Positions 36,201 through 47,311 of a stretch of DNA of 64,000 nucleotides are shown one piece after another. The DNA is from Blastocladiella emersonii ATCC 22665 (Eukaryota; Fungi; Blastocladiomycota): assembly GCA_025594325.1 (NCBI GenBank), contig JANHCV010000001.1, positions 3,472,001 through 3,536,000 of the forward strand, given 5' to 3'. The notes below the pieces were generated by a model. It was given only the letters and a program-made list of their open reading frames with translations. It was not told the DNA's origin and searched no databases. The stretch's first letter is position 1. The number at the start of each line of letters is the position of its first letter. Made by a program: the position numbers and the translations under genes.

Positions 36201-37418
36201 TCGCGGCGGAGCGCAGGGTGTCAGGGAGCTGCGGGACGGGCGGCGCGGCGGGGTCGGTTTCGAGGGGACCGGGGCGGTCGAGGGACTCGGTGAGGGCGGT
36301 GACGATCGAGGTGACGATGGAGCGGTCGTCGAGGTCGTCGTCGACGGCGTTGGCGACCACGCTGTCGTTGGGTCCAGCGGCCGAGTCCTCGGCCATGCGC
36401 TTGGCGGCAGGGCTGCGCTTCGCGTCGTCGTCGGCGCGCAGGCCACCCTCATCGTCGTCGCTGTCCTCGGCGGGCCGCGCAGGGCGAGCGGGGCGTGGTG
36501 GGCGGACGGGCGGCGTGGATGCGGGGGTAGCGACGGGGGACGCAAGACCGTGGTGCGGGCGCATCGAGGGCGACGTCGCCGAGATCGCAGCGAGCTCGTC
36601 GCGAGCAGCCACGAGGTCGGCCTCGAGATCGTCGCGCTCGCGGCGGGTGGCGCGGAGGTCGTCTTTGATGTTCTCGAGCATCTCCTCGAGGCGCTCAATG
36701 TACTCCTGGTCTTCGCGCATCTGTGCGCGGAGGCGCTCGGCGGTGGCCGAGGCGAGGGCGAGCTCGCTGGCAAGGCGCTTGCGCTCGGCGACCTCGTTGG
36801 CGAGGGCCTTCTGGGCGGCGGCGTGGGCCGTGTCGGCGTCGTGGCGGCGGTTGCCCTCGGCGCGCAGCTCGCGGCGCAGGCGGTCGATCTCGGCGTAGGC
36901 GGCCGAGGCGTCGGCGCCCGTGCCGGAGCCGGCGGGCCCGTTGCCGTTGGCGAAGAGCGAGCGGGTGGCGATCTGCGGCGAGCCCTGCGGCGACGCGGCG
37001 GCGGTGGCGGCGGCCGACGAGTGGGCGCTGGAGGCGCCGGCGGCGGTGGCCTGCAGCAGCTGCTCGAGGTGCTTGCGGCGCGTGGCCTCCTTGACGAGGT
37101 CATCGTGCACGGCGGCGAGGCGGTCCTCGACGTCGGATCGCGCGGCCGACTCGCGGGCGAGGTCGTCCTTGACCCGGTTGAACTCCTCGAGCGCCTTGCG
37201 GCTAATCGTCTGGCGAGTACGGGAGCGGAGGCGAAGTGAGTTGGATGGACCTTGTCCGACTCGGCCGGGCCGGAAGCCAGGGACGGACGGGCGGATAGAG
37301 GAATGGAGGGACGCACCTTGAGCTTGGCAAAGTGGGTCTCGGCGTCGACGAGCTGGCGCTTGGTGGCGTCGAGCTCGGCCTGCAGCGCGGCCGCGGCGTC
37401 GGGCGGGTACCCGGACAT
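33232..37418 (-). CDS. Rho GTPase-activating protein: coiled coil, low-complexity region, C1 domain, RhoGAP (intron 37210-37316)
   Basis: C1: HIFQATTFNKIVKCHQCGDRIWG..CRCCGLVAHTKCAPMVPPRC; RhoGAP: VFGVDL..VPAVVARCVAAVEAIGMDFEGVYRKSG..KQYLRDLPNPL..RMTPHNLGVVFGPTLM. Confidence 0.93.
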
Positions 37419-38277
37419 GGTGGCGGCGGCGGCGGCGGTCGGCCCGAATCAGGACAGGGAGGAGGAGGAAGGAAACGGGTTGGCGATGGGTCGGTTGGGT
37501 TGAATCAGCAGCAGCAATCGGCGGCAAAGCGGGAGTCTGGTGCCGGTGCCCGGAGAAGCAGCATGCAGGGCGACGACGGCGGCTGGCTGGGCCACGGGCA
37601 GCGACTAGAGGTGCAGCGGACGTGAAGCGTCAGGACGCTGCTGCTGCCGTGGTAGTGGTGGTGACACTCACGAGTGCGAAGCGGTGGTGGTGTCGACGAT
37701 GGCTCCCCTCGGCGGATCCGGATCAGCAGAAGCCCGAGCGAGCGAGGTGCAGTGCAGGGCGGTGCAGTGCAGGTTGTGCGTGTGCGTGTGCGCAAGTCTA
37801 GCGATGGGTGTGCGTAGTGGGCCGAGAGAGGGGGAGGAGGGGAGCGAGAAGGGATCAGCACGCAGCCCACACGGCGAGGGCGGCGAAGCGGCCGCCGCCA
37901 CACGGCGGCCCACTGGTTCAAGAACCCCACGTGATTCGGCGTCGACTCGCCGGCCGCGGTCGGTCGTCGCGCGGCCCGCGTGGCCACCGTCGTCGTCGCC
38001 CTCCTGCAGTCGCGGCCGCAGTCGTGGCCGTGGTCGACCAGGTGGTCGACCTCGCCGCTGTCACCACGGCGACCATCCTCGCGCGCCTCCCTTCCTTCCG
38101 CCTTGGCCGCGCCCCTCAACACAAGCTCTGTGATGACTTGCCGGCTCTTCCGGGACGCCGTCTATTTCCGGCACCACGGTGTGGCTGCGACGTCGCGCAT
38201 GCACGTCGCGCAGCACCACGCCTCGTCTCATGTTTCACGTCGCGTCGACGCGTGCCGCAAGCCAACGAAGGTCCATT

Positions 38278-39222
38278 CTACACCACCTGCGCCTGCACCT
38301 GCGCCCCGGCCGCGCCGGCCACCGTGTACAGCTGCCGGACCACAACCTCGAGCGCGGACGTGCGTCGGCGGAGGACCGCGCCGTTGGCCGCCGCCGCGAG
38401 CGCCGCGCGCCGGTCCGCGTCGAGCAGCGCCGCCGTCGGGCTGTGGTACGGGTCCGGGTACGCCATGAGCGTAAACGCCGCCGCGATCGCGTTGGCCACG
38501 GCCGCGTCGCTGCCCTGCTGCACGTACGCGGCCAGGTGCTGCTGCGAGAACCGGAGGGCCGCCAGCGCGTCGCCCGACCGCACGTGCTCGACGAACGCCT
38601 GCACGTCCAGGTGCACGCAGAGTGGGACCGTGTCGTGGCCGATGGGCGTCGCGAGGGACCACGGGAAGTGGTGCGACAGGAGCGACTTGGCGGTCTCGAT
38701 GGAGCCTTCGAGGATGAGCGACTTGATCTCTACGTTGTCGTTCGAGTCAGCGAGCGCGCTCAGGGACCGCAACGGGAGCCCGTACCCTTGCGCCGCCTCA
38801 GGGACCGCAACGCGGCGCCGTGCCGGTGGACGACGGCGTCGACCGACTCGGACCCGGACACCTTGCGCTCGCGCTTGAGCGGGTTTTCGGCCACGGCGAC
38901 CAGCACCTCGTCGTCGCTACCGCTGTCTTCGACCATCGCGTCCTCCTCGGGTTCCTCGAGCGCGCGCACCAGGACGGGATTGTGGCCGTACATTGCGCAC
39001 AGGGTCTTCTCGTGGCTACACTCGTGCAGCAAGATGAGCTCCTGGCGCGAGAGTCGTACCAGCGGCGGGACTGGACCACTCCACGACGAGGTAGTCGACG
39101 ACGAGGTCGCGCGCCTGCGCGTCCACCACCAGTTCCCTTGCCACCACGCCGTCGTCCTTGTCGGCGGCAGGGCGCGTTGCACCGAGCTTGGTGCGCTCGC
39201 CGACCTGGAGGTGGGTATTCAT
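38278..39222 (-). CDS. LisH-CTLH-CRA domain protein (GID/CTLH complex, Gid8/TWA1-like), 3 exons
   Basis: LisH ARDLVVDYLVVEC|HEKTL; CTLH RRK|EIKSLILEGSIETAKSLL; CRA LDVQAFVEHVRSGDALAALRFSQQHL..LMAYPDP..LLDADRRAALAAAANGAVL. Confidence 0.8.
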
Positions 39223-39454
39223 TTGCGTGCGTCGTGTCCGTTGCCGGGAGCGAGAGCGGTTGTTCCCTCAACCGAGCTTTCGCGCGGAAGTGGGCGACGC
39301 GTCATCGCTCGACCGATCGCGCGACGCGCTCTCGAGGCATGAGTGATCATCACGGCGGCCATCAACGGGACTCTGGACTCTTTGTTTGCTTCGCACATGC
39401 TAATCGACGACGACGACGACGACGACGACACCGACAAACTCACTACAGCAAACC

Positions 39455-40147
39455 CTACTGCTTGATCTCGGGCGCCGCGGGCCCTGTCTTGATCGTCTGC
39501 GCCTGCTCGGGGTGGCGGTCGCCCATGTACGCGCCGGCGTTGACGCGCGCCACGGCGTGAACCCCGCCGGCCTCGCAGTCGGTCGCCGCGTTGGCCGCGC
39601 CCGCCTCGCCGTTCCCGAGCGCCGCGGCCTCGGCCGCCTGGGTCTCGGCGAGCTCGGCGCGGCGCGCCGCGATACTCTGCGCCGCCGCCTCGCCCTGCAC
39701 CGTGAGCGGGTTCATCTTGTCCTGGATGAACTTCTTGGCTTTGGCGAGCGGCGACGTCGGGTTGGCGAGGTCCGGGTCCGACACGGGCGACGCCAGCGCC
39801 TCGTGCAGGAGCGCCGCGGGACCCTCGCGGTCCGGGTGCGGGACTGGCGCCCGCTGGTGTTCTTGGGGAGGAAGCGGTGGGCGCTCGATGCGCGTCGTCG
39901 CCGCCGGGTCCGGCTCGCCCGCGTCGAACCGCGGCGGCTCCATGCCCGGCGTCGTCACCGTCGACGACGCGAACGCGCGGCGCAGCGGGTACATCTTGAA
40001 CACGCCCGGCGCGGTGGGCGGGGCGGCGCGCGGACGGCGGCCGAGGCGGCGCAGTGCGAGCCGCGCGCGCGTAGAGACCGTGGTCGGCGTCGTGGTGGTG
40101 GCCGCGCGCGAAAAGTGCCGGCGCAGCGTCGCGAAACGAGAATACAT
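39455..40147 (-). CDS. Hypothetical protein with mitochondrial-presequence-like N-terminus
   Basis: 230-aa ORF, Arg/Ser/Thr-rich N-terminus MYSRFATLRRHFSRAA, coding-like codon bias. Confidence 0.6.
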   Translation of the reverse strand: MYSRFATLRRHFSRAATTTTPTTVSTRARLALRRLGRRPRAAPPTAPGVFKMYPLRRAFASSTVTTPGMEPPRFDAGEPDPAATTRIERPPLPPQEHQRAPVPHPDREGPAALLHEALASPVSDPDLANPTSPLAKAKKFIQDKMNPLTVQGEAAAQSIAARRAELAETQAAEAAALGNGEAGAANAATDCEAGGVHAVARVNAGAYMGDRHPEQAQTIKTGPAAPEIKQ

Positions 40148-40363
40148 GGTCGTGGTGGTGGAACTCGAGCAGCAGCAGTTGGTGTATAGCTATGATCTTG
40201 ATCGTGATGATGGGAGGGGAGGGGAGGGGAGGGAGAGAGGGAGCGCGGCAGGGCGAGCGGACCGAGGGCGTGGTGGTCTCACGGACGCGTCCGCCGTGCT
40301 GAGCCAGATTCACACGCATCACCGCGCCGATTGATCCCGAGACCCCTCCCCCTGCCTGCCGTC

Positions 40364-41686
40364 TCAAGCGATCGGCAGCACCCGTTCCAGCGCCTGCGCC
40401 AGCGGCCGGGTCGCGAACGGCAGCACGCCGAGCCGGCCGTGCAAGTCGGCGAGCACCTGCCGCGCAGGGCCCGTCATCGCGCCGCCCGGCCGCCCCCGCG
40501 CGAGGAACCGCGCGAGCAGCAAGAGGTACTCGAGCCACTGCGCCGACTCGAGGAGGAGGTCGACCAGCACCGTCGCGTCGCCGCCGAGGACGTCGCGGAC
40601 CACCGTCTCCCACACGGCGAGCGGGGTCGTGGCCGCGACAAGTTGGAGGCGGCACGGCGATCTGGGGCCGTCGCCCGCGTGGATCTGCAGGTGCGCGAGC
40701 ACGAGCGCGGCGAGGTGCTTGTCGTTGATGGCGCACAGCGCGAGAGCGTCGCCAGCGGCCGGGTCGAACTGAGGGGAAGGACCCGCGCACAGGGCACACG
40801 CGGCGGCGGGGCCAACCGCGGCCGCAAACTCGAGGTGCGCGAGAAGCGCCGTCGCGACGCACTCGAGGTCCGTGGCCGCGGCCGTCGCGACCAGCTCGGA
40901 CCGGTTACGCGCGAGGTGGGCATCCACGTTGAACCCGGCGGGGAACCGCGGCAGGAGGTAGGGCAGGGCCGCGGCGAGCGACGCAAGGAGGGCCGTGTCA
41001 CCGCGCGACCGGGCGTGGGCAACGAGAACTCGCGCGAGCCGCACGACACGGCGAACAACGGCTGCATCGGCGCCGGTCGCGGGGACGAGCGACCGCACCA
41101 AGCTCGACAGCGACGCGACGAGCGTGCCGAGCGCCGCGAGCTCGCTCGGGACGCGGTTGATGCCGAGCCACCGGACCGCGTCCACGGCGACGCGGAAGAG
41201 CGCGACGGCCACGGCGGCGGCGAGCGATCCCGTCTGCGCGGGACCCGGCAGCCAGCCCGTCGCGCTCGCCACGAGGCGCGGGACCACGTCCGTTGCCCAC
41301 GCCGCGAGCACCCCCTCGAGCGGCATGAGGTCCACGTCCAGGACGTCGAGCTGGTCGCCGAGCGACTGTGCACTATCCCCGCCCGCCGTGACGGGTACGG
41401 CGGCGAGCGGCGGCTCGTCGGCCGCGTGCCGGGCACACTTGAAGGCGCGGTGCACCGTCGACAGCACGCGGAACTGCGCCCCGCGCAGCCACCACGGTCG
41501 GGCACCGCCGTGCTGCTCTAAGAAGAGGGCCGCCGTGAGGTACTCGAGCGTCTTGCGCGCCTGATCAGCGTCCTGGAGCAGCAGCGCGAGCAGCGTCTCC
41601 TCGGTCTCGGCGGCAACGGACGGCGACCCGAACAGCGACACGAGCCGCGCGTCGGCGCTCTCGCCGTTGCTGGCAGTCGTGTTCAT
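40364..41686 (-). CDS. Lines (LINS1)-like armadillo-type protein
   Basis: C-terminal VLGGDATVLVDLLLESAQWLEYLLLLARFL and LGVLPFATRPLAQAL resemble the Lines_C motif as recalled; AINDKHLAALVL resembles Lines_N. Confidence 0.6.
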   Translation of the reverse strand: MNTTASNGESADARLVSLFGSPSVAAETEETLLALLLQDADQARKTLEYLTAALFLEQHGGARPWWLRGAQFRVLSTVHRAFKCARHAADEPPLAAVPVTAGGDSAQSLGDQLDVLDVDLMPLEGVLAAWATDVVPRLVASATGWLPGPAQTGSLAAAVAVALFRVAVDAVRWLGINRVPSELAALGTLVASLSSLVRSLVPATGADAAVVRRVVRLARVLVAHARSRGDTALLASLAAALPYLLPRFPAGFNVDAHLARNRSELVATAAATDLECVATALLAHLEFAAAVGPAAACALCAGPSPQFDPAAGDALALCAINDKHLAALVLAHLQIHAGDGPRSPCRLQLVAATTPLAVWETVVRDVLGGDATVLVDLLLESAQWLEYLLLLARFLARGRPGGAMTGPARQVLADLHGRLGVLPFATRPLAQALERVLPIA

Positions 41687-42192
41687 GGTTGCGTGGAAGC
41701 GGAAGTGGCGGCAGCGGGGTAAAAGTGGAGCTGGGCCGCTCACGACGTTGGGGGGAAGCCTCCCTCGCGGCGGTCCCGAGGAAGCTCTTCATCGCCGCCG
41801 ACACCACGCCCTGGCCCGCCCCACGTTGGGGGAGAGGGAGCGTGGGGAGGATGGCGAGGCGGAGATGGTGACCCTCGCTTCACGTGCCCCTCGGCGACGC
41901 GTCGCGAGGGGCGAGCGGATGACGCCGACCCAGCCTCGCCGCCCTGCCTCGGCCGCGGCCGCTGCTTGCGATGATGACTCGGGGAACGGCAAGGTTTGTG
42001 CATCACAGAACCGGGATCCTCCGAGGTGGCGACATCGGCTGCAGGATTCGTGCAGGATTCGTGCTGGGTTGGGAACGTCCCCCAGCAGGCGAGCACGAGC
42101 GCGAAACGCGTGCCTTTGGCCGCGGCCCCGAGCCGACCGACCGCCGCCGCCGCCCGCGGCCGTGGCCACCGCCGCCCTCGCTCCCTCCCCCC

Positions 42193-42199
42193 TATAAAA
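42193..42199 (+). promoter_or_regulatory. TATA box upstream of small ORF
   Basis: TATAAAA in GC-rich context about 115 nt upstream of ATG 42308. Confidence 0.5.
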
Positions 42200-42307
42200 C
42201 GCGGCCATCGCCCCCGACCCTCGCCACGACATCGTACCAACCACACGGAAACCACCTTTGCCCGCCAGCTTCCGCCAAGGCTTCCACCCACCTTCCACCC
42301 GTCCAAG

Positions 42308-42610
42308 ATGTTCGCCACCAAGCGCCCCCTCGCCCTGCTCGCCAGCCGCTTCGGCGCGATTGGCAAGATCCACACGTCGGTCCCGGCCGGCGCCGACGTG
42401 TCGCCGACGATGCAGGCCGCGCAGGCCGTTGCCGCGGCCGGGTCGTCGTCGCGCTCGCTCAACGCGGTGGCGTCCGAGTCGGCCAGCTTCCCGCAGGTGT
42501 CGTCGGCGTTCGTCGGCAACATGGTCGTGGCGCCACCAGCGCCCGCCGTCAACGAGCACGCGGCCGCCGTCGAGATCGAGTTCATCCCCGTCGAGATCGA
42601 CTGCGAGTAA
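42308..42610 (+). CDS. Small (100 aa) hypothetical protein, mitochondrial-presequence-like N-terminus
   Basis: MFATKRPLALLASRFGAIGKIHTS..., strong codon bias, TATA box upstream, acidic C-terminus EIEFIPVEIDCE. Confidence 0.65.
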   Translation: MFATKRPLALLASRFGAIGKIHTSVPAGADVSPTMQAAQAVAAAGSSSRSLNAVASESASFPQVSSAFVGNMVVAPPAPAVNEHAAAVEIEFIPVEIDCE

Positions 42611-42847
42611 GGATGCCCATCGTCGTCGTCGTGGGTGCGGGGCAGGCCACCGATTCCAAGTGTATATAGCCTTCCCACACCCTGCCCCTCGCGCCCAGAG
42701 TCGCCGTTGTCGTTGTTGCCGCTGCTGTTGTATTGAAGTACCCGTTCTATCATAACCGAGTCGTTTCGTGCCCTCCTCCTCTCTCTGTCCGTCTGCAGCC
42801 TCGTGCGAAAGGCTCCCATCTCATATATCACAGTTTCCTCGTCCAAT

Positions 42848-43707
42848 CTACCGGGCGAGATCGATGCGATGCCGCTGATGCCCCGCGACAACATGTACCG
42901 TCTCGTACGGGACCAGGGCCATACGGAGCTCGGCGCCGTGCTCGCGCGACATCCGCTCGCACACCTCGGTCCACCATGCCTCGTCATCGCTCTCCCCGAC
43001 CACCGTCCACGCGATTGAGACGTGGAACCGCGGCGTCTCGTAAAACTCGGGCCGGTGGAACCGCGCGAGGACGCCGTCGATCCGCCGCGCGCTGCGCGCG
43101 AGCGCCGGGTACCCGGCCGTCGCCTCGAGCACCACGAACCGCCGCGTCGCCGTGTCGTTGACGAGCGACGCCACCAAACCCAGCTGCAGCGCCCCCGCGC
43201 GGTCGCCTGCGAGCGCGGACCAGACGCCGGAGACGAACGCGTCGAGCTGTGCCCGCGGGAGCCAGTGGCCCGCGCGCATCAGCGAAAAGTGTGGCGTCCA
43301 CCCGCCCGGCGGCTGCCACTCGGTCGTCGACGGCGGCGGGTCGGCAGCCGAGCCCGGGAGCAGCGAGTGGAGGTCGGGTGCACCGGTGGGGAGGGAGGCG
43401 CGGAGCGTCGTCAGGATCGTGTCGGCGACCTGCGCCAGCGCGGGCGGGAGCGTCGCGTCGGCGTAGACGTGCACCGGCCACTGGCCCACGGGCGCGCGGT
43501 CGACGGCCGCTGGCGTGGGGCGGTCGCGGTCGCGGGTTTCTGGAAGATTGTCCGAGTCAGAGCCAGAGTCCGAGTCGTAGGAGACGAGCGGTCGCGACCT
43601 AGACGACCCGAGCGGGGTCAGCCTTCCGTGGCCCCGAGCTGCGAGGCCGCGCCGCCGCGGCGGATACGTGCCTCGCACCGCGCCGGTTTCCCGTATATCA
43701 GTTACAT
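42848..43707 (-). CDS. USB1: U6 snRNA phosphodiesterase Usb1 (2H family); start codon unresolved
   Basis: PLVSYDSDS N-terminal motif, WPVHVY, two HxS motifs (HFSL and FYETPRFHVSIAW). Confidence 0.85.
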
Positions 43708-43974
43708 TTTGCGTCTAATGCATCAAGTCGCTACGTTGCGAGTGGCTTATACGCCGTTGTGAGGGCAGCGTCGGCCGGTAGCTGCGAAGCGCGCGGGATT
43801 CATGATCAGCGCGCCGCCACGTGCGCCTTGCCCGCGCTCGTCATCGTCGGCCTGCCGTCGCGTCGGTTGGCCGCGCTTCCTTTCCGCGACGCGCTCCCCT
43901 CTCGCTCGCCGCATCGCAACGGCACCCCGACCGCACGCAACGCAACGTATCGAGAGCCCACGCAACGCACCGCC

Positions 43975-45457
43975 ATGAGCGAGAACGCCATTGCCCGGAT
44001 CCCCGACATGGGCCTCGCCCAGGAGCTCTTCACGCTGCTCCACGGCGCGCCCGCCGCCCGCGACGCCGCCAAGACCGCGCTGTGGGCTGCCATCACCAAG
44101 GACGGTGAGTGTGCTTCACGTTTTGGGTTACGTGATCGGCGCTGACCCCGAGCCTGGTAGACATGGCGCCCTTCTACTCGCACGTGTGCGAGGTGGCCAA
44201 GATCCCCGTCGACGCGGCGCTGCTGGCCAAGCTCGAGGCCGCCAACACGGCGCACCTCGAGTCGCTCGCCGCCAAGCTCAAGGAGGCCGAGGAGAGCGCC
44301 GGCGAGACCGAGATTTCGGACGCGCTCATTGCCACGGCCGACTACCTGGCCAAGATCGGCGAGAAGGTGTGTTTTGTTGTTCCCGCGTGGGCGTTCGGAC
44401 CCGATCGCTGACGCGTCCTCGGACCGTGTGTAGGAGAAGGCCCTGTCCGCGTACCGGACCGCGTTTGAGAAGACGCCGGGTGTCGGCGCCAAGATCGACC
44501 TCGTCTTTTCGCAGCTCCGCATTGGTCTCTTCTACGGCGACCGCGAGGTGGTGCTGCAGCAGTTGGAAAAGGCCAAGGGGTTCGTGTCCCCAACCGCGTC
44601 GCGCGCCCTCGGCGACCGCCTCGCTCACGACTCCGTGCCCGCCGTGTAGCCTGATCGAGAAGGGCGGCGACTGGGACCGCCGCAACCGGTGCAAGGTGTA
44701 CGAGGCCACCTTCCTCATGTCGCAGCGCGACTTCAAGGCCGCCGCCGCCCTGTACCTCGAGACCCTCGCCACCTTCACGTCCACGGAGCTCATGGACATG
44801 AAGGACTTTATCTCCTACACGGTCATCATGAGCGTCATTGCCCTGCCCCGCACCGAGATCAAGGCCAAGGTACTTTTGGGGTGAGCGTGTCCGCCGTGCG
44901 ACTCCTCGGCTGACCTCGACCCCCCTGCACCGCGTGTCTAGCTCCTCGAGTCGCCCGAGGTGCTCGAGGTCGTGCACCAGATTCCGCACCTCGAGGCCTA
45001 CATGCGGTCACTGTACGAGTGCAAGTACAACGTGTTCTTCCAGACCCTCGGTACGCTCGCCTCGCCCTCTCACCGCCGCGCCCGAGTCCTAACCCGCCAT
45101 CCCCTCCGTGTAGCTCACATCGAGCAGGTGCTCAAGGCCAACGTGTACCTGCACGCGCACTACCCGTACTACGTGCGCGAGATGCGCATTCTCGGCTACG
45201 CGCAGCTGCTCGAGTCGTACCGGTCGCTCACGCTCGAGTACATGGCGTCGGCGTTCGGCGTGTCGCAGGAGTTCATTGACCGCGACCTGTACAAGTTCAT
45301 CTCGGGCGGCCGCCTCAACTGCGTCATCGACAAGGTGCGCGGCATCGTCGAGACCAACCGGCCCGACGCCAAGAACGCGCAGTACCAGTCCGTCATCAAG
45401 CAGGGCGACCTGCTGCTCAACCGCGTCCAGAAGCTGAGTCGCGTCATCAACATCTGA
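43975..45457 (+). CDS. RPN7: 26S proteasome lid subunit Rpn7/PSMD6, multi-exon
   Basis: [99 protein letters not shown]. Confidence 0.97.
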
Positions 45458-45638
45458 GAGTGCTCGCTGGGATGGGCGACGAGTCGTGGTGGGATCCGGA
45501 ATAGTTGAAAATTGCGTTTTTTTCTCTCGAAGCAGCGGGTGGTGACAATGGGCAGACTATTGTATGGGATGCGAGTTGGTTGGTTGGGGAAGAGAATCAG
45601 ATGAAATGGAGGGCGGCGGCGACGCTCGTCGTCCCGAT

Positions 45639-46445
45639 CTACCAAAGGCCGTGGCCCTTGAGGCGCAGGTCGCCGGGCACTGGCGGCGACGCGAGCGTCG
45701 GGAAGTAGGTCTGCTCCTGCGCGGCCTCGAGCAGCGTGTCGCACTTGTTGTCCTCTACACGATGGAGTGAGTTCGGTGGGTCGAGAGAAGCGAGCACGAG
45801 GGCGCGATCGACGTACTGATGCGCTTCTTCTCGAGCTCCGAGGGGTCAAACTTTGGCCGCGGGATCTCGAGCGACGACAGCTTGGAGATGCGGCGGCGGA
45901 TCAGCTTGCCCGTCGCGGGGTCCTCGACGCGCTCCCAGCGGACCGAGCACGGCTGGCTACATTTCCGACAAGAACGCGAGGTCAGCGTGCTGCGCGCGGG
46001 TTCGAGGACGCGGCGTGGCGAGGGCGTACCCGTCCTTGGGGTCGATCAGGGCGACGTTGGAGACGTGGATGCCCGACTCCATCGGGTAGGTGCCTCCCCG
46101 TGGGGTCTGCGGCGTGATGGGGATGTGCTTCTTGATCTACACGTCGGGAATCGCGAGCGCGGAGGGGCGTCAGCGACGTGTGGAGTCCGTCCAGCCGAGC
46201 CAGGACCGAGCACGCACCAGCTTCTTGCCTTCGACAAAGACCAGGTTGCGCGACTTGTCGATGTTGATGACCTTGCCCTTCTCGCCCTTGTTGGCGCCGG
46301 ACATGACCATGACGTCGTCGTGCATGAAGATGTTCCACCGTTTGACCACGTCCTTGGGCTGGACCTTGGGCACCTTGGGTTGGATCAGGTTGTAGCCCTT
46401 GAGCTTCCAGAGGGGCTGCGAGACCATCTTGTGGTACTTGGACAT
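45639..46445 (-). CDS. MRPL24: Mitochondrial ribosomal protein uL24m, multi-exon
   Basis: KOW motif WNIFMHDDVMVMSGANKGEKGKVINIDKSRNLVFVEG, MESGIHVSNVALIDP, RRISKLSSLEIPRP. Confidence 0.9.
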
Positions 46446-46773
46446 GGTCGCGAAATGATTCCGGGGCGTTGATGCGTAGCAGGGGGTCGTGTGTGGGCGG
46501 CGCGCCGGGGATCCGGTTGCGTTGCGTCAAGTCCGCTGGCGGCAGGAGGGGTCGATAGCGTAGCAGTGCGTCGTCGTCGGCGAGGGCATCAAGCGTGGAG
46601 GACTTCGAAATTTTGTTGCGATCAGCCTTCTGGGCGATCACCTGTGGCCACATGCGAGGCGTTGCCGCTGCCGCTGCTCTTGTCGAGGCTCCTCGCAAAC
46701 AGCTCGGCTGCCGTGACCTCCAGCACGACGTACCGGCGCTTGAATCGCCGACGTAATCCGCCCACTCGTTGCA

Positions 46774-47247
46774 ATGATGTCTCTCCGGTCCCTGGTCGCC
46801 GCGCGCTCGCTGCGGAGCTTGACCCGCGCCTACTCGTGTGAGTACTCTTCTTGCGCCCTTGTGCTCGCTGCTCGGGCTGGCCAATGTCGGCGAGGAACTG
46901 CTCTAGCCCTGTCATGATGGGAGAGTAACCTTGCCGTCTGTTGCACCGACCGTGAGCGAGCTCTCGACACCCTCAACCGGCCGCTGACCGCTCGGCCCGT
47001 CCGCGATCCGCATCGTCTAGCGCGCCCGGCGTCGATCCTGCCCGCGGGCACGCCCATCACCGTCAACTACCTCAAGGACGCGCAGCACCCGGTCGCGCTC
47101 AGGGACGAGGAGTACCCCGAGTGGCTGTGGACGATCGCCGACCCGCCAAAGAAGGACTGGGCGCCCGAGGAGAAGCGCACCAAGGAGTACCTCAAGTTTG
47201 CGCGCACCCAGGACATCAAGCTCAAGAACTTTATCAAGGGCCGCTAA
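46774..47247 (+). CDS. MRPL54: Mitochondrial ribosomal protein mL54 (intron 46838-47020)
   Basis: SILPAGTPITVNYLKDAQHPVALRDEEYPEWLW, ARTQDIKLKNFIKG; presequence MMSLRSLVAARSLRSLTRAYS joins in phase 1. Confidence 0.9.
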
Positions 47248-47311
47248 ACCGCAACCGCGTCGGGGGGATCTGTTCATTTGCGTTTATCTATCTAGTCATT
47301 ACTCGTCACGT

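Noticed and set aside
33734-36898. Very long opposite-strand ORFs (1054 aa here; similar ones over SMC2, ABZ1 and the 28-kb gene)
   Set aside because: Expected stop-poor antisense frames of high-GC3 coding DNA; no recognisable motifs.
38720-38800. Apparent frameshift in the CTLH gene at the 16-nt direct repeat
   Set aside because: Resolved by a normal intron (GTACGG..CTGAC..CGTAG) giving RRK-EIKSLILEG.
46888-46936. Intronic hairpin as SECIS element or TPP riboswitch
   Set aside because: Located in an intron of a gene without in-frame TGA, and lacks the CUGAGA and other conserved TPP motifs.
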